Shown here: in pieces, positions 1 to 18,008 of the stretch
Position numbering within the stretch: the first letter of the stretch is position 1
How the letters are laid out: the number at the start of each line of letters is the position of its first letter
NCBI RefSeq assembly: GCF_009914755.1
Contig: NC_060945.1
DNA length: 64,000 bases
Source of the DNA: the human T2T-CHM13v2.0 reference genome, Homo sapiens
Strand: one strand, 5' to 3'
The notes under the pieces: generated by a model
Database searches by the model: none
Told to the model about the DNA's origin: nothing
The model's input: the letters and a program-made list of their open reading frames with translations, nothing else
Translations under genes and position numbers: made by a program

Positions 1-257
1 GTGATGGCAGTGACAGAGAAGCTGTCAAATGCGGTAGGCACGGAGCACTGGAGAGGTGGCCAGTGCAAGCTGAGGAACTGAACGTCATTTTTAAAAATTT
101 CCATTAATTTAATTTAAAGAGACACATGTGGCCAGTCGCTGCCATATTGAAAGCACAGCTATATAATGACCTAAAGACAAAATACGGAACATGATATACC
201 TCCCTCCTCCTTTGTAACCTATTTATTTTCATTACAAAGGCATTAAAAAAAAAAAAA

Positions 258-377
258 AGTAGAGATGAAGTCTTGCTACGTTGCCCAGGCTGGTGTCGAA
301 CTCCTGAGCTCAAGCCATCCTCCCACCTCGGCCTCCCAACGTGCTGGCATTACAGGTGTGAGCCGCTGCGCCCAGCC
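258..377 (-). mobile_element. Alu monomer (FLAM-like)
   Basis: Single left-arm Alu sequence ending ...gcgcccagcc. Confidence 0.85.
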
Positions 378-399
378 TGTAACCTATTCTTTTAACTGA

Positions 400-1630
400 A
401 AATTTTGTGGATGTCTTTCTGTATAACTACAGAGCAACATCATGTTGGATGGGCCTCTAGTATTCTGCTCTTTGCCCTTAGGAGATTTTATTTAGCCAAC
501 TCTTTACTAAACAACCCTTCTTAATGTGTTGGTGGTCCCCACTATTTCATAACTATACACAAGCTGAGAGGCACATTCTTACCCATATATCTTTGCACGC
601 CGTGTGATTATTTCCTTAGGAAAACTCTAATTGCCTGTCAAATGGCATGTGCATTTGAGAGGTGTTTTTCATTTAGGTCGACGGATGGCATCCAGAATGC
701 TTATTCCCAGTGACACCTCCAATGCCATTATCGCTCTCTTATTCTTTACCAAGCTGTGAGGTGGAAAGATGACCTCTCCCTTTTGCTGAAGTTTGCATGA
801 CTTTACTTATTTCTGAACATCTTTTCAGAAGTTTATGGCCATTGGTAGCTCTGGCTTTTGTATTTCCAGTTCAGGAATTTTGTTCAGTTTTCTAAGGCAG
901 CTGTCATCTTTTCATTCATGATTTATAAAAGCTATACACACACACACACACGGGAAATTTTCTTCCATTACTTTTTCTAATTGTTCATCTTTTAAGGATT
1001 AGATTATGATTAATTTTAATACTTTGGTACTCAGCTAATTCATTAAATGATTATGTCTATTAGTTTTTAAAATATTCATTTCTACCTTATATCAATTATT
1101 CTTTCTAATAGCTTGGGTTGATTTTCTTGCATAGTCCTGATACGCAGTCATATCATCTCCAAGCAATGATTGGTCTTGCCTCTTCCTTTCCGGTATTTGT
1201 GTATAGTTTTTTCCCTTATCTAATTTGCATTAACCAATACTTCTAGAACAAAACAATAGGCATCCTTCTCTTGATTTTAGTGAGTCTGCTTCTGGTATTT
1301 ACCATTTATAGTGATTTTTAAAATCTTATTAAAGAAGTATCCATAAATTTTGCTCTAATTAAGTTTTTAAAAATTAAGAATGGGTATTAAATGTCACTGA
1401 ATGTCTTTTGGACATATGTAGAGAAAATACATTTATTTTCTCTTTTGATCTAGTAATACAATGAACACCATTAACAGATTTCCTTATGAGAAAGCACACG
1501 TACATCCTTACATTCCTGGTATGAACACAGCTGGTTTTATTTTTCATGTGCTGCTAGATTCTGTTTGATAATATTTTATTTATGATTCTTACCCCATTAT
1601 TTATGCATGGCCTACATTTTTCCCTATCTC
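400..1630 (-). mobile_element. Ancient L1M fragments
   Basis: T-rich degenerate sequence with antisense L1-like phrases (catccttctcttgattttag, tatgaacacagctgg..tgctgctagattctgtttgataatattttattt). Confidence 0.55.
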
Positions 1631-1635
1631 GATTC

Positions 1636-1933
1636 TTTTTTTTTTTTTTTTTTTGAGATGGAGTCTCACTTTGTTGCCCAGGCTGGAGTGTGCAGTGGTA
1701 CAATCTCAGCTCACTGCAACCTCTGAATCCCAGGATCAAGTGATTCTCCTGCCTCGGCTTCCTGAGTAGCTGTGATTACAGGCACCTGCCACCATGTCTG
1801 GCTAATTTTTGTACTTTTAGTAGAGACAGGGTTTCATTTACCATGTTGGCCAGGTTGGTCTCGAACTCCTGACCTCTACCCACCTCAGCCTCCCAAAGTA
1901 CTGGGATTACATGTGTGAGCTACTGTTCCCAGA
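1636..1933 (-). mobile_element. AluS
   Basis: Poly-T followed by dimeric Alu consensus. Confidence 0.92.
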
Positions 1934-1934
1934 C

Positions 1935-2381
<447 letters not shown>

Positions 2382-2577
2382 TGACTCTAAGAGCTGCCTT
2401 TACAACAAAACCCATGTTTGACCTAAAGCTACCTTTAAGATGCTTAAGACATCATTTGTTGTTAACTGTTTTGGTTTAGTGTTTTAGCCTAAACGGTGCT
2501 GCAGAATGATTTCAGGATTTGGCGCTCCTGAACAGACACGGCCGTGGACACACAGGCCCATAACCCGGCCAGACTCA

Positions 2578-3037
<460 letters not shown>

Positions 3038-4225
3038 ATTATTTTTATTTTTTAAATTGCATGAAGACATTGTATGCATAGAAAAAAAAGGCTAAATTAA
3101 ATGACTAAGGTCGAGGTTTACCCACTTCAGAGAGTGGGAATTCTTGCATCTGCCATTTTCAAATGCTCATAGCACCAGCCTTTATTGGAGTTAAGTAATT
3201 TTTTCCCACATTTGATATCAACAGCCAAGGGCTGTTGACCCCAAGTACCTCGCCCCCTCCGTCAGTGCTGGCCACAAGCGTGGGCTTCCAGGGGGACCCT
3301 CCCCGAGAGGCAGCACCATTATATACACAGGCATGGTCCCCACTTTTAGACAAGACTAACAGTTTGCCAAAGCCTAAACATCAGTTCGTGTTGACTCCTA
3401 AATTTGGAAATATACCTCACAGAGTTCCCATTTCCCGACTTACACCAGACAGGTGCTGTACCTGATACTAGCCAGGGTATTTGATCCAGGTAGTAGGACA
3501 TGTCACTAGTGAACAGCTGTTTCTGCTTTGAGACAATGCTTCTCCCTGCAGCACAAAGTCCCCAATACACTGTGGAATCAGTAATTGCTGGAATGTGTGG
3601 ACGCTGGACCACGCAGCAGCAGGGTGAAGCAGCCTCCACGCATTCGCTACTGAGCTTTCACAGTCACTCTTCAAGAGAAGACTCAGACCCAGACGTGGGG
3701 ACATCCAGCAGAGGCAGGAACGGGGCCTGGCCTCAGGACAGGTACATGTGAGAGCTGGGACCCCAACCCTGACCGACCGAGTCCAGGGAGCTCACGTTTA
3801 GCCACTAAGCAGTACAGGCTGAAAGGGCAACATGTGGGCACTTTTACCAAAAAACATCCTCAACAGCTAGCTCTGCACAGTCTCAGTTGCTAGATGTGGC
3901 CCATTTGTGCTTTTGGAACTGGAGGAAGCCCCTTGCAAATAAAGATAAGTCACCTTTAACATACTCGGGCAATACAATTTGCTCCTGTTCTTGGCAAAAT
4001 GGAGTCGCGCTGTAAAGAGGTGCCCTGTCCCGAGTGACTCTGTGTCTGGGGCCTCAACAGTGATTCAGAACCACCCAGAAGGGGTTATCCATTCTGTGTT
4101 GCTTGTCTTGGCTCCAACAGCAGCCATGGTCTCCCAGCATCGGAGTCCCGAGTGTGGCCGAAGCCATCTGATGCCCATCAACTCCCTACATCCCCCTTCA
4201 CCCACTTTCTAAGAAAGCAGAATCT

Positions 4226-4535
<310 letters not shown>

Positions 4536-4841
4536 TCAACAGTTAAAAAAAAAAAAAAAAGGAAAGAAAAGATAAAAAAGGCAGGACAATTCCAGACAAA
4601 TGAAAAAGGCCAAACCAATTATACTCCTTTCCCTCCTTGGCCTTCCCACGTGCAGAAACAGGATTGGATTTTTTACCATCTCTTGTTCCCGTTACATTTT
4701 CAGGTGCTTTCTGCAACCGTGGCAGGGCTCCCGCTGCACCCCCACGGGAGGATGCCACCAGAGAATCCAAGGCCCCCCGGAGCCCCCGACTCTGCTCAGG
4801 GGCTGGAACAGCCCCTCCAGGCAGGCAGGCTCCCATCGTCA

Positions 4842-5003
<162 letters not shown>

Positions 5004-5537
5004 TCATGGGGAGATTGAGGGCCAAGGAAGTAGCCGCTGGACTCCTGTTATGGGGGGTGGTGGCAGTGGGGTGTCTACAGGAAAACCTGCACAGGGAGCC
5101 CGAGCTCTGGGATCTGCTCTGAAACAATTTCCCTTCTCACATGAAGGGAGGGAGCCAATGAGCCATCGCCATCCTCCTGCCTGGGAGCATTTTCTACCCC
5201 AAATACAGCAAGTACAAGTAGCAGTGCATTCATCCACAGACAGGGTTCCCAAAACTTACTTACCACGGGGGAAGATGGAGCTCACTTTGCCATGGGTCTA
5301 AACTATCTGACCCGGGCAGGTGCTTAAGAGCATGAGGACCTCTTCCGCTGGCTGCGGGCACTCATGGCCTGCTAGTACAGAGCAGGACACCAGACAGATG
5401 GGAACAGCCAGGGCTGTCAGCCCACACCCATTTCCCACCTCCACACAGAGTCCAACGTCCACATGAGGAAAGTCTATGCATACCCTAGCACTGCACAGGT
5501 GAGGGGACAGAGGCAGGGGCAGCTGGGACCAGCTTCT

Positions 5538-5988
<451 letters not shown>

Positions 5989-6000
5989 AAGAGTGTTCTT

Positions 6001-6101
6001 TTATTTTATTTATTTTGTTCGTTTGTTTGTTTTAAGTTCTTTTTCTTTCCTTTTCTAATTATACTTTAAGTTTTAGGGTACATGTGCACAACGTGCGGGT
6101 T
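6001..6101 (-). mobile_element. L1PA extreme 3' end fragment
   Basis: ttatactttaagttttagggtacatgtgcacaacgtgc is the antisense L1PA terminus, preceded by a T-rich tail. Confidence 0.85.
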
Positions 6102-6460
6102 AAAGAGGCTCTGTTCGTTGCAAGCATTCAGGGACCCAGACGGGCTTCTCGGAGGTGGCGCCAGCCCCCATGCTGTGAGAAGTTTTCAGGCAGAGCTGAA
6201 AACTGGGTGCTGATTTGACTGAGCACTGATTTGACTGAGCACTTCTTCGGGGGAATGCTCACTAATGTCTCAAGAGACACAGGTGTTCTTTCCCACCTAG
6301 AAAACACTGTTCTGAGCCAGGCACTTCCCAAACGTGAGCTGAGGGTGCTGGAGCCCAAGAAGGAATTGCCGAAATCCCTGAAATCCAAGGACATGAGCAC
6401 TGGGGACAGAGCAATCTACTTGTCTGGGACAGAGATGAAATCTTTTTTTTCAATTGCTGA

Positions 6461-6910
6461 GGGTGATGGTTAACTGTATGTGTCGACTTGACTGGGCCAT
6501 GGGGTGCCCAGATATCTGGTCCAACATGATTCTGGGTGTGACTGACTGTGTTTCTGGATGAGATTAACATTGAACTTGGCACACCCAATGATGCAGATTT
6601 TCCTCCCTCTCGTGGGTGGGCCTCATCCAGTCCGTTGGAGGCGCAATGGAACAGAAAGGCTGAGTAAAAGGAAACTCCTTCACTGCTTGAGCCGGGAAAG
6701 GGGCCTTTTCCTGCCTTCAGACTTGGACTGAAACAGTGACTCTTCATGGGTCTTGAGCCCAGTGGCCTTTGGACTGGAATGTACGTCACGGGCTCTTTTA
6801 GGTCTCAGGGCTTCAGACTCGAACTAGAATTACCCCACAGACTCTCCCGGGGCTGCAGCTTACCAAATGCAGATCTCAGGACGTACCAGCCTTCATAACT
6901 GTGTGAGCTG

Positions 6911-6949
<39 letters not shown>

Positions 6950-6990
6950 CCATTGGTTCTGTTTCTCTGGAAAATCCTGACCAATATAAT
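6461..6990 (+). mobile_element. MLT2-type (ERVL) LTR containing (CA)n at 6914-6947
   Basis: tgatggttaa..tgtgtcgacttgactgggccatggggtgcccagatatctgg...ctgtttctctggaaaatcctgaccaata. Confidence 0.85.
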
Positions 6991-8315
6991 ATACATATAT
7001 GCTATTTTGATTAAATAAACTGTACAAATTTATGGAAAAGCATGATTGAAGTTATGATCGTCTGGGTCCTATTAAATTCATGGATTCCAAAAATATACGA
7101 CTGTTTTATGAAGCCGCATACATTTTGACATTAAAAGTTGATTGTCACATTCAGAACAGTCACCTCTGATGTGAAATAAGCTACTGTGACAGAAATACTG
7201 AAAGGGACAGCGCTGGGACTCTCCTCTCACCTCCCAAGAGGCATGGCCTGGTCCCCTCCATTTGGAGAGGCTGAGTGCCCCCAGGCCTCAGGCCCCTGGG
7301 AAGCCCCCCAGACATCCACACCCCTCCTGCTCTGCTCTGCTGGCCCGGTGCCCCTTCTGCATACTGCAGGCTTCGGGAGGGTGATGGTGCTTCCTTATAC
7401 TCTTGTGACCCCCATAGCCAGGGCTTAGCAGCAAACACTGCCATCAACTGATATCTGTCCAGTGAAACAAAGTCTTCAGACTCTACCTACTGACAGCTGG
7501 TGACATCTGCAGACCAAGGACAGACATCACACAGGAATTTGTATTTTCAAACTGACTTCACCAAGAGCTAGATAATAAAGATGGACATTATAATAAAGAT
7601 GTATTTTATCATGCTACATAAAACCACTGCCAAAAAAATATATTTTTTAAACTTCAGGGACTATAAGTGCCTGTTGTACGTAATCATGATAAAAAGATCA
7701 GCGTATGACTGAGAGAACTCACCTTAAACAAAGGATTACTGATGTGTTATTTAGGCCCATGAGGTTGACCAGGGCAAATGCTCTGGTTAAGAATTTAACC
7801 AGAAAAGTGAGTAGCGCCCTAATCAGATGGAATAGGGGGGCTCCAGCATGAGGAGGGAGGCAGGTGATATGGAAAAGGGGGTCGCACAGATGAGACTAGC
7901 CTCCTTTATCGTGTGCCTCCAAAGGACACAGACCTCCAAGAGGCAGGAGCTGTTGCAGGCAGGACCAGGGCAGCAGGCCGGCCCTAGCCCAGGCTAAACC
8001 ATCTCTGTCTATCCCACCCACCTGGCTCTGCTTGCTTCTGGGGCAATGTTCTCAACACTGGCTGCTTTCCCAGGTACCTTGGTCCTGGAAAGATGAGGTC
8101 TAGGGCTCTGAATGGACAGGGAAATGTCAGGTTTTCCTTCCACTTCATGAAGCTTTGCAGCCCCATGCTCCAAACCCAAGGCTTTATCCCACATCCACCA
8201 TCATGATCTCCAGCAAGCACCCGAGCCATCTTGGCTCTACCATGGGAGGTGGAGGAACGCTGGAACGCACACAGATTCTCCAAGAGAGGTGGGCCATGGT
8301 GCCTAACGGGGTTCA

Positions 8316-8528
<213 letters not shown>

Positions 8529-9087
8529 TCACGTCTTCAGGTGACTAAAACCATGCAAAGTAGGAAGGAAGGAAATTACCTTCAGATTTTAGCTCTGTCT
8601 TTGCAAAAACTGTGGAAAGAAAGGACGCCCTGCCCTTGGAAGCAGCCTTCGGACTCAGCCCAAGTTACGAGTGCAGCACCCTCACCGTGGGAGAGAGGGC
8701 CTGATCGTCAGACATGGTGGAGCGTCAAGCAGGTACCTACGGTGTCATTAGCCTTGGCTGCATATGAGTGCTAAAATCATCCCCAGCCAATTAAACCTGC
8801 ATCTTGGGTGGGGCAGGGAAGGCTTCAGGGTTTTTTTTTTAAATGGCCAGGTGACTGCAGGTGCAGCTCAGGTGGGAGCCCTGCATCCAATCCATCAAAG
8901 CCATCCCCCAGCAGGCCCTGCCAAGCCAAAGGGCCCATCCACATCCTGAGAGGCCCAAGCCAGCCCCAGGAGGAGTGGCTGGGACAGGGAAGGAGGCCAG
9001 CAACACCAGCCATGCACTCAGTTCCCCACCGCAGACTGTCCTAACACACGTGCGTTCTCACGCCAATGGAAGAATCATAAAAACTTA

Positions 9088-9201
<114 letters not shown>

Positions 9202-9252
9202 CTATTAAAAAACAAGTTATTAGAGGGCCACTCTTTCCACCAAAGCCTTAAT

Positions 9253-9545
9253 GTGCACGTGCGTGTGCATGTGACTGTGTGAGCATGTGTGTGTGCATAT
9301 ATGCATGTGAGCATGTGTCTATGTGAGCATATATGAGTGCATGTGAGTGTGCGTGTATGCGCATGTGTGCATATGAGCATGTGTGCTCATGTGTGCATGT
9401 ATGAGCATGTGTGTGCATGTGAGTGTGAATGTGTGCATGTGCATGTGTATTTGAGCGTGTGCGGAAGTGTGCATGTGAGCACGTGTGCCTGTGTGTATGT
9501 GTGCGCATGTCTGCATCAGTGTGCATGTGTGTATGTATGTGTGTA
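9253..9545. repeat. Degenerate (TG)/(TGCATG) low-complexity repeat
   Basis: ~290 bp of alternating purine-pyrimidine sequence. Confidence 0.9.
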
Positions 9546-10002
9546 CCTGCTCATTTATTCACATATTTTCACAGAAAACTGCTTAGCTTTCCACTTGGCA
9601 TACAATGTGCTTTCAAAATGGAGAGCAGGACCCCAAACTCTCTTTACCCCCTGCCCTTCCTGCCCCTTCTCTGGCCTCAACCTACCCCTCAAAGAGGAAC
9701 CTCAGCATTGGTGGTCGACAACCAGATGCCATCAAACCTTGCAGTCTATTTAACATAAATAGTTTGCTGTGCTTTGCATTTCTCCTTCTGGGAGTATCCG
9801 CAAGGCATAAAGGAAAGAGGAGTGAGAGAAGGGCCCAGGGCGCCTCATTCTAATCCTGGGCGTGGGCTCCCCTGCCCCACACTCAAACAGCCCTGAAGAT
9901 TGTGTGCAGCACAAAGCCATCTTTACTGTCTCTTGCTGGGGCCGCCACAGCAGCCTCTAACTGGACTCCATCTCTAAGGATGCCTCATCCCACCCTGTCC
10001 AT

Positions 10003-10548
10003 TTGGGAGACAGAACAGCGGCCCCCAAAGATGTTCACCCCCTAATCCCTGGAACTTGTGACTGTGAGACCCTACAGGGCACAGGAGACTTGGCAGGTGC
10101 GACAGGGAGAGGACCTCAAGATGGGGAGATGACCCTGGGTCCTTCCGAAGAGCCCAGTGGAAACACCTGAGTCCTGAAGAGTGGGGGAGCACGGGAGAAG
10201 AGGGGCCAGGGCATGTGACGTGAGGACTGCAGGCATCCCTGCGGGTGTGGACGTGGAGGAAGGCACCCTGAGCCAAAAAATGGGGTGCCTCAAGGAGCCG
10301 GAAATGGCCCTCCACTGACAGCCACAAGAAAATGGAACTCAGTCCCGTAATCCCATGGAATGAAATTCTACCAACAACCCCAAAAGCAACGAACAGACTC
10401 CCCTGTGACTGCCGCTAAGGCAGGCAGCCCTGACAGCTCCTGGATTTGGGCCTGGCCGGACACCTGGCCTCCTTCACGATGGCATCACCAATCTGTGCTG
10501 TTTTAAACTGTTCAGGGTCATTTGTTTCCACAGCCATAGAAAGCTAAT
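10003..10548 (+). mobile_element. MLT1 (MaLR) LTR, MLT1D/E-like
   Basis: cagaacagcggcccccaaagatgttcacccctaatccctggaac...cacagccatagaaagctaata. Confidence 0.8.
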
Positions 10549-12185
10549 ATTGCATCCTTTATTCTTCAGCTAGATGCTCCGTCCAAAGCAAAAATCTTAA
10601 CTTTGCAGATCTCCATTCCTTCCCCACTCCTAAACAAAAGGGAAGAACGACTTCAGACTATCTGAGTAAGTGGACTCTCACCTCATGCTAGAAGCAGGGT
10701 AAGAGAAAAACGATGACTTCTACTTCATAACTGTCTCCAACCTGCCTTCCTTGTCTGGTAATTCTAGGAAAAAAATTAGGTAATTCTAGTGGAAAAGTGC
10801 ACTTTAATTGTTTTGACACAGACAGCTCAGTCGATGGAGACCACTCTTGCATCTCTGGTTGGAGGAACATCAGAGAAGCGGGAACGCCTCCTGCCGCTAG
10901 CATCAATTATTTACCCATCTCTAGCAGCTGCCTCTGCGCTGAGAGGTAATCCACATATTGGTTCCTAACTGTGTTAACAGATCAAAGATACAATTGTGTT
11001 CCTTCTGTGTGAGCTGCTTAAAATGGCATGAATGCTTTGATATAATAAACACAATGTCAGAAATGACATTTCTTCATTTGTGTTTGTGATCCTCTCTGGT
11101 CTCATTCAGTTCCAAAACATGCATCAAATGTTGGGTAAATATGACCCAGACTTTGCAGGTTATTTTCTCATCACATTGTCCAAAACATCTGGGGGATGTA
11201 GGAGAGCATGAACGCCTCACAAATCCACGATGCCAACTCTTCACCTCTTCAATTCCCTCAAAGGGGGTGCTGCTGGAGTGGGGCTGAGGAACTAGCGGGG
11301 TGGATTTCAGAAAAAAGCCACTTAGGTAGCCAGGAAATCTTGTTAGTGCTGGCTATTTAAAACCATGCCTTTGTAGGAAAAGCATACAGGATGTCACCTT
11401 CCCTTGTGATTGGGAATTCTGCATGACTTGAGCTCATCCCCCAAATTAGGAGTCAAGTCCAAGGACACGGGACACGGGAGATGAAACAGGGCACTGAACT
11501 GGCAGTGACCCTCGAAACAAGCCCAGACATCTGCAATTTTTAAATACCAGCTAAAGAGGAACTCCAGTGAATATCTGGCCGGATGTGAGAGACGCACAGC
11601 TCTCTGATGATTTGGGCAACCAAAGTCTCACTGGGCTTATTGTAATTATTAGAGATCCGTAAGTCTCTCTCTATAAAATTATAGAGATGTGTAAAATTAT
11701 ATATATGTCTTTATTCTTATGTCTATTATGAAAACATGGAATAATGGTAATACTAATTTTTTAACTTATAAAAATAATAAGGGGGTTCTTTTTAAATCAA
11801 CTTTGTCAAAAACTGAAAAGAGGAATGCCCCACGGCAGCCACTCAGCTGTGTTTCCAAGCTGCAACCAGCGCTGGATTCGGAACCAGAACTACTTTTCTC
11901 CTCTCAGATGCCACCTGCCTTATCATATCCGTCAACAACACCCTGCCTCATTCAAATGCCCGAAAGAGGCAACCCCTGAGTTTATTATAAATGTATGTGT
12001 GTGTGTGTAGTGTGTGTGTGTAATGTGTAGTGTGTGTGATCATTTCCTACATAGAAAATCCTATATGAAAGGTTACAGTTTGAAAATTATGACATGAATG
12101 ATAATTAATAAAAACATGAACGTTACAGCCCTCTGACTCACACCATGCTCACTCTTCACATTTCTGAGAACTGTGACGGGTCTCA

Positions 12186-13590
<1,405 letters not shown>

Positions 13591-15430
13591 TAATTCCCCA
13601 AATGTTTCCACATTCATACACAGTCAAAGCCATTAGCCAAGTTCTTTTGCTAAAAATGAGTCTTAAAGAGAAAGTAAGTTATAGATGTTAGAAGTAAAAA
13701 AAGTTTTCTTAAATTACCCAGAACACAATGGGTTGCTTCCACCTAAATAATTTCGAGGCGATCATGGTTTTCAAAAAGGTGGGAGTAATTGGAAAAACAT
13801 ACAAAGTATCAAACAATTATAAAATTATGCAGCCGTACCAAAACCAGAATTATAAAATGAGCTCGTTGAAGAAACTGTCAGACAGAGAAAGATAATAACC
13901 TCAGGAATAAACCAAACTGTGGTTTCCTGACATAAATCATAATCATACAGTATTAAGAGGGGTGCTTTTCACAGCTACCATGGCACAGAGAGAGATCTAG
14001 TTTCTGCCACAGATTCCTCTACAGAAGCTGATGTAGAATGAGAGGTCAGACCCCTCCCCGCTCCCCTCCCGGGGGCAGAGGGCCAAGCAGACACGTGTGG
14101 GATAATTACCAGGCCAGGTGCCAGGTGTGTACTGGCCAGGAGGAGGAGAGGGGAGGCCAGGGGCACAGTGGGCTGGACCACAGGGCAGGCACAAGGGGGT
14201 TCCGTAGGTGGCCAGTGTTTGGCCAAAAAGCAAAGCTACCAGGAGCTGAGGGTAAGTCAGACTGACCTCCTCATTCCCAAAAGAACCACTGACTCCACTG
14301 CAGGGAGTCACAGGACAGGAAGAGAAAATTCTTTAATTCTCTGGTGGATTTATCAGAATCTAAAATACCAAATGGAAAGATTATCAAAATAATTACTCAG
14401 TCAGGGCCTGCTATTCCCCCAAGTTCAGGGCTAGGACATTCCCCTGTACTTTCTCATCTGCTGGCTCCTGGCCGCAGCCAAGCCCTGGGTCCAGCTCTTC
14501 CCACCAGTGGCCCATCCCACTCTGGAACAAAAACGGAACCTGGGCACTAAGGCCCGGGCAGGGGTCAACATCCAATATCCACAACCAAATACCTCAATGC
14601 CACAGAGCTAGAAAAAGAAAATCCTGCCTTCTCTCAATATTGGCAGAAAGTCGTGCAACTCTTTCTACCGGTTCTTATAACGCCACGTTCAGAAGACTGA
14701 TACACATGAGTTAATTACATATTTCCATCATCTCCAGAGTTCACAAAGGGCCAGAACAAAAAAATGTTTGTATAAGAAATGTTGTCTATTCATGTTAAAA
14801 ATAAATGATCTATAAACAGTCCTTTACGGAGGAACATGCTTTGTGGCCAGATGAGTTACACGCACCAATGGCATGACACTGAGAAAATTCCCTGTCCTTG
14901 GTCTCAACAGCCCACTCCTTTTACTGCTTAAAGTAAAAAATAAAAAATAAAAATAAATTTAAAAACCCAACCCTGACTCTGAGCACTGCATAATTCCTCT
15001 GGAGCCTTCTCTACTAAGCTAATCAGCATTGTACCAAGAAAACAGACTCAGAGCCTCAACCCGAGCAAGAAAGAATTTCATTTTCTTTCGTATCCAGTTC
15101 TGCAGAAAGCTTCCCACCACGCACTCCCTGATACACAGAGAACCAAGCACTTGATTAAAAGCAAGCAAATAAATAAGTAAATAGATAAAAAGACTTTAAA
15201 ACTTCTAGAATGCGGGACTCCAAAGCTCATAAGTAATCACTGAAGCCCCATCACTAAGGTAATGTAATCTCTACATTCTACTCTAGGACAGAATGTGTGA
15301 TGTCTTTTCATAGTAACCCCCTGGCGTGTCTTCCCCAGCCCTAGGGCTTCGCTACCCTCTAAATAAAACCTACAGTGCAGACCAAGCCTTTCTTAGCCTC
15401 CCCTCAGAATTTGGCTAGAAAAGTTAATTA

Positions 15431-15696
<266 letters not shown>

Positions 15697-17402
15697 AGAA
15701 AGAAACATTCTGAACCTGCCTCAAATTTTTACATGGCCAAACAAAATACTGCTCCTGCTCCACTTGGAGGGATAAACATTAGGGCCAAGTCCTCTTCCAG
15801 CGCCAGCCCCTGCCTCTGCCACCCTAACAAATAATGCCCCATTTGCCAAATGGACGGGGACAAAATGGAGAGGAGATTTTAAAAACAAGTAATCTTCTTT
15901 TAGTGTATTAAGGTGTTATCCACAATGGGGATTAAATTCTCCCAACCCATGCCAACAGTGGCAGGGCCCCCACGGGCTGAAAGGGGTTCCTCGCATCACA
16001 GCAGAAGTCAGGATCGCCTGACACAGGTAAGCAGCTCCTCCTCTCTAGTTAGCCTTCCTAAGTGGCCAGATGTCAAGGGTTAACATCTACCTAAATACCC
16101 ACGAGTGGGTAGAGACCCTGATTTTGACCCTAGATCCTCCCTCCCACAATCAGCCATGGTCATGAGAGCCTCTTCTTAGCTTTCCAAGTGAGCTCTTCGG
16201 GGAATTCCAGTTCTATTCAATTGACAGACTGGGCCCTGAGTGTTTCCCTCTGAAACAGTCTGCTATTAATACAGGATTTTAAAAAGTTAAATAGAAGCAA
16301 TTATTTGGCATAGGCGGCAGTGACAGTGAACTCCTCAGAGGACAGGAGTGAACCCCCAGCCCCAGGGAAGAACTCCACAGAGCCCAGGTCTGCATCTGCA
16401 GGAGCGAGCTCCCTCGACAACAACCAACCATCCCCCAACCTGCATTTTTTTGACATTTTTTTTCCCCAAAACAAGCAAAGATTATTTACATAAAGCATTT
16501 GAAAATCAAGCAACAGAAGGGTGAACTTTGTATTCCAAATAAACAGCTTCCTCTCTGTATAAGTGACAGAGTGTTTTTCGGAGTGGGGGGCTATTCACGG
16601 TAAGTCAGGGTCTCCACATGGAAAGGCCAAGGGGGGACTCACGGTTGGCAGGTGAGGGTTTGGGTCGGGGAGCCCTGGGCAGCAGATGGAAGCACCACGG
16701 GGAGGGGAAAACAAGACTGAAGGCTGAAGAGCAGGCTGAGCGGGGAGGCCTTCATTCACCTTCTCGGTGCTCTCTCCAGCCTCAACACCTTGACCTCATG
16801 TAGTCACATACCTATGCAAACAGCGCTTATCTGGAAACTATTCCTTTGTTTAGACTTGGGGCCAAAAAATTCCAGGCACAGTTACTCCAGATTTTGCTAC
16901 TGTTCACCAACAAGAGAGCCCCTGAGTCTTCAGATCTCACTGTGCCCTTTCACTTTCCTTTTCAATTAAGCTTCCTGTACAGCTGCCTCGGCTCCTTCTC
17001 TTAGAACACTCTAGAGAACTGGAAATCATGTAATTACTTTTGTCTCCAAAGAAACTAGCAATGCAGCTGAGGAAATGTATACAAAAGGTTTAGATACTCG
17101 AATAATTTTCACTTTCATCACATTCTGTAACACCCAAGGAAAGAACTCCCAAATAAAAGGAAGGCAAAGACCCTTCAGTAATCATCTGGATTTCCTAGTC
17201 AGATGTCTTTCCCCACTCTGCAAGCGAGTCTCACCTCTGTAAATATCCTTTAAGACAGTATGAACTGGATATAAAATACTATTTCTACTCTGGAACTGGG
17301 ACTCAATTTAAAAAGTAAACTCCATTAGAGCTAAAGATTATCCCAACATCTACAACATTTAATCCTGTTTGCCCACTAATTCAAAATAAACGGCTAAAGA
17401 TG

Positions 17403-18008
<606 letters not shown>

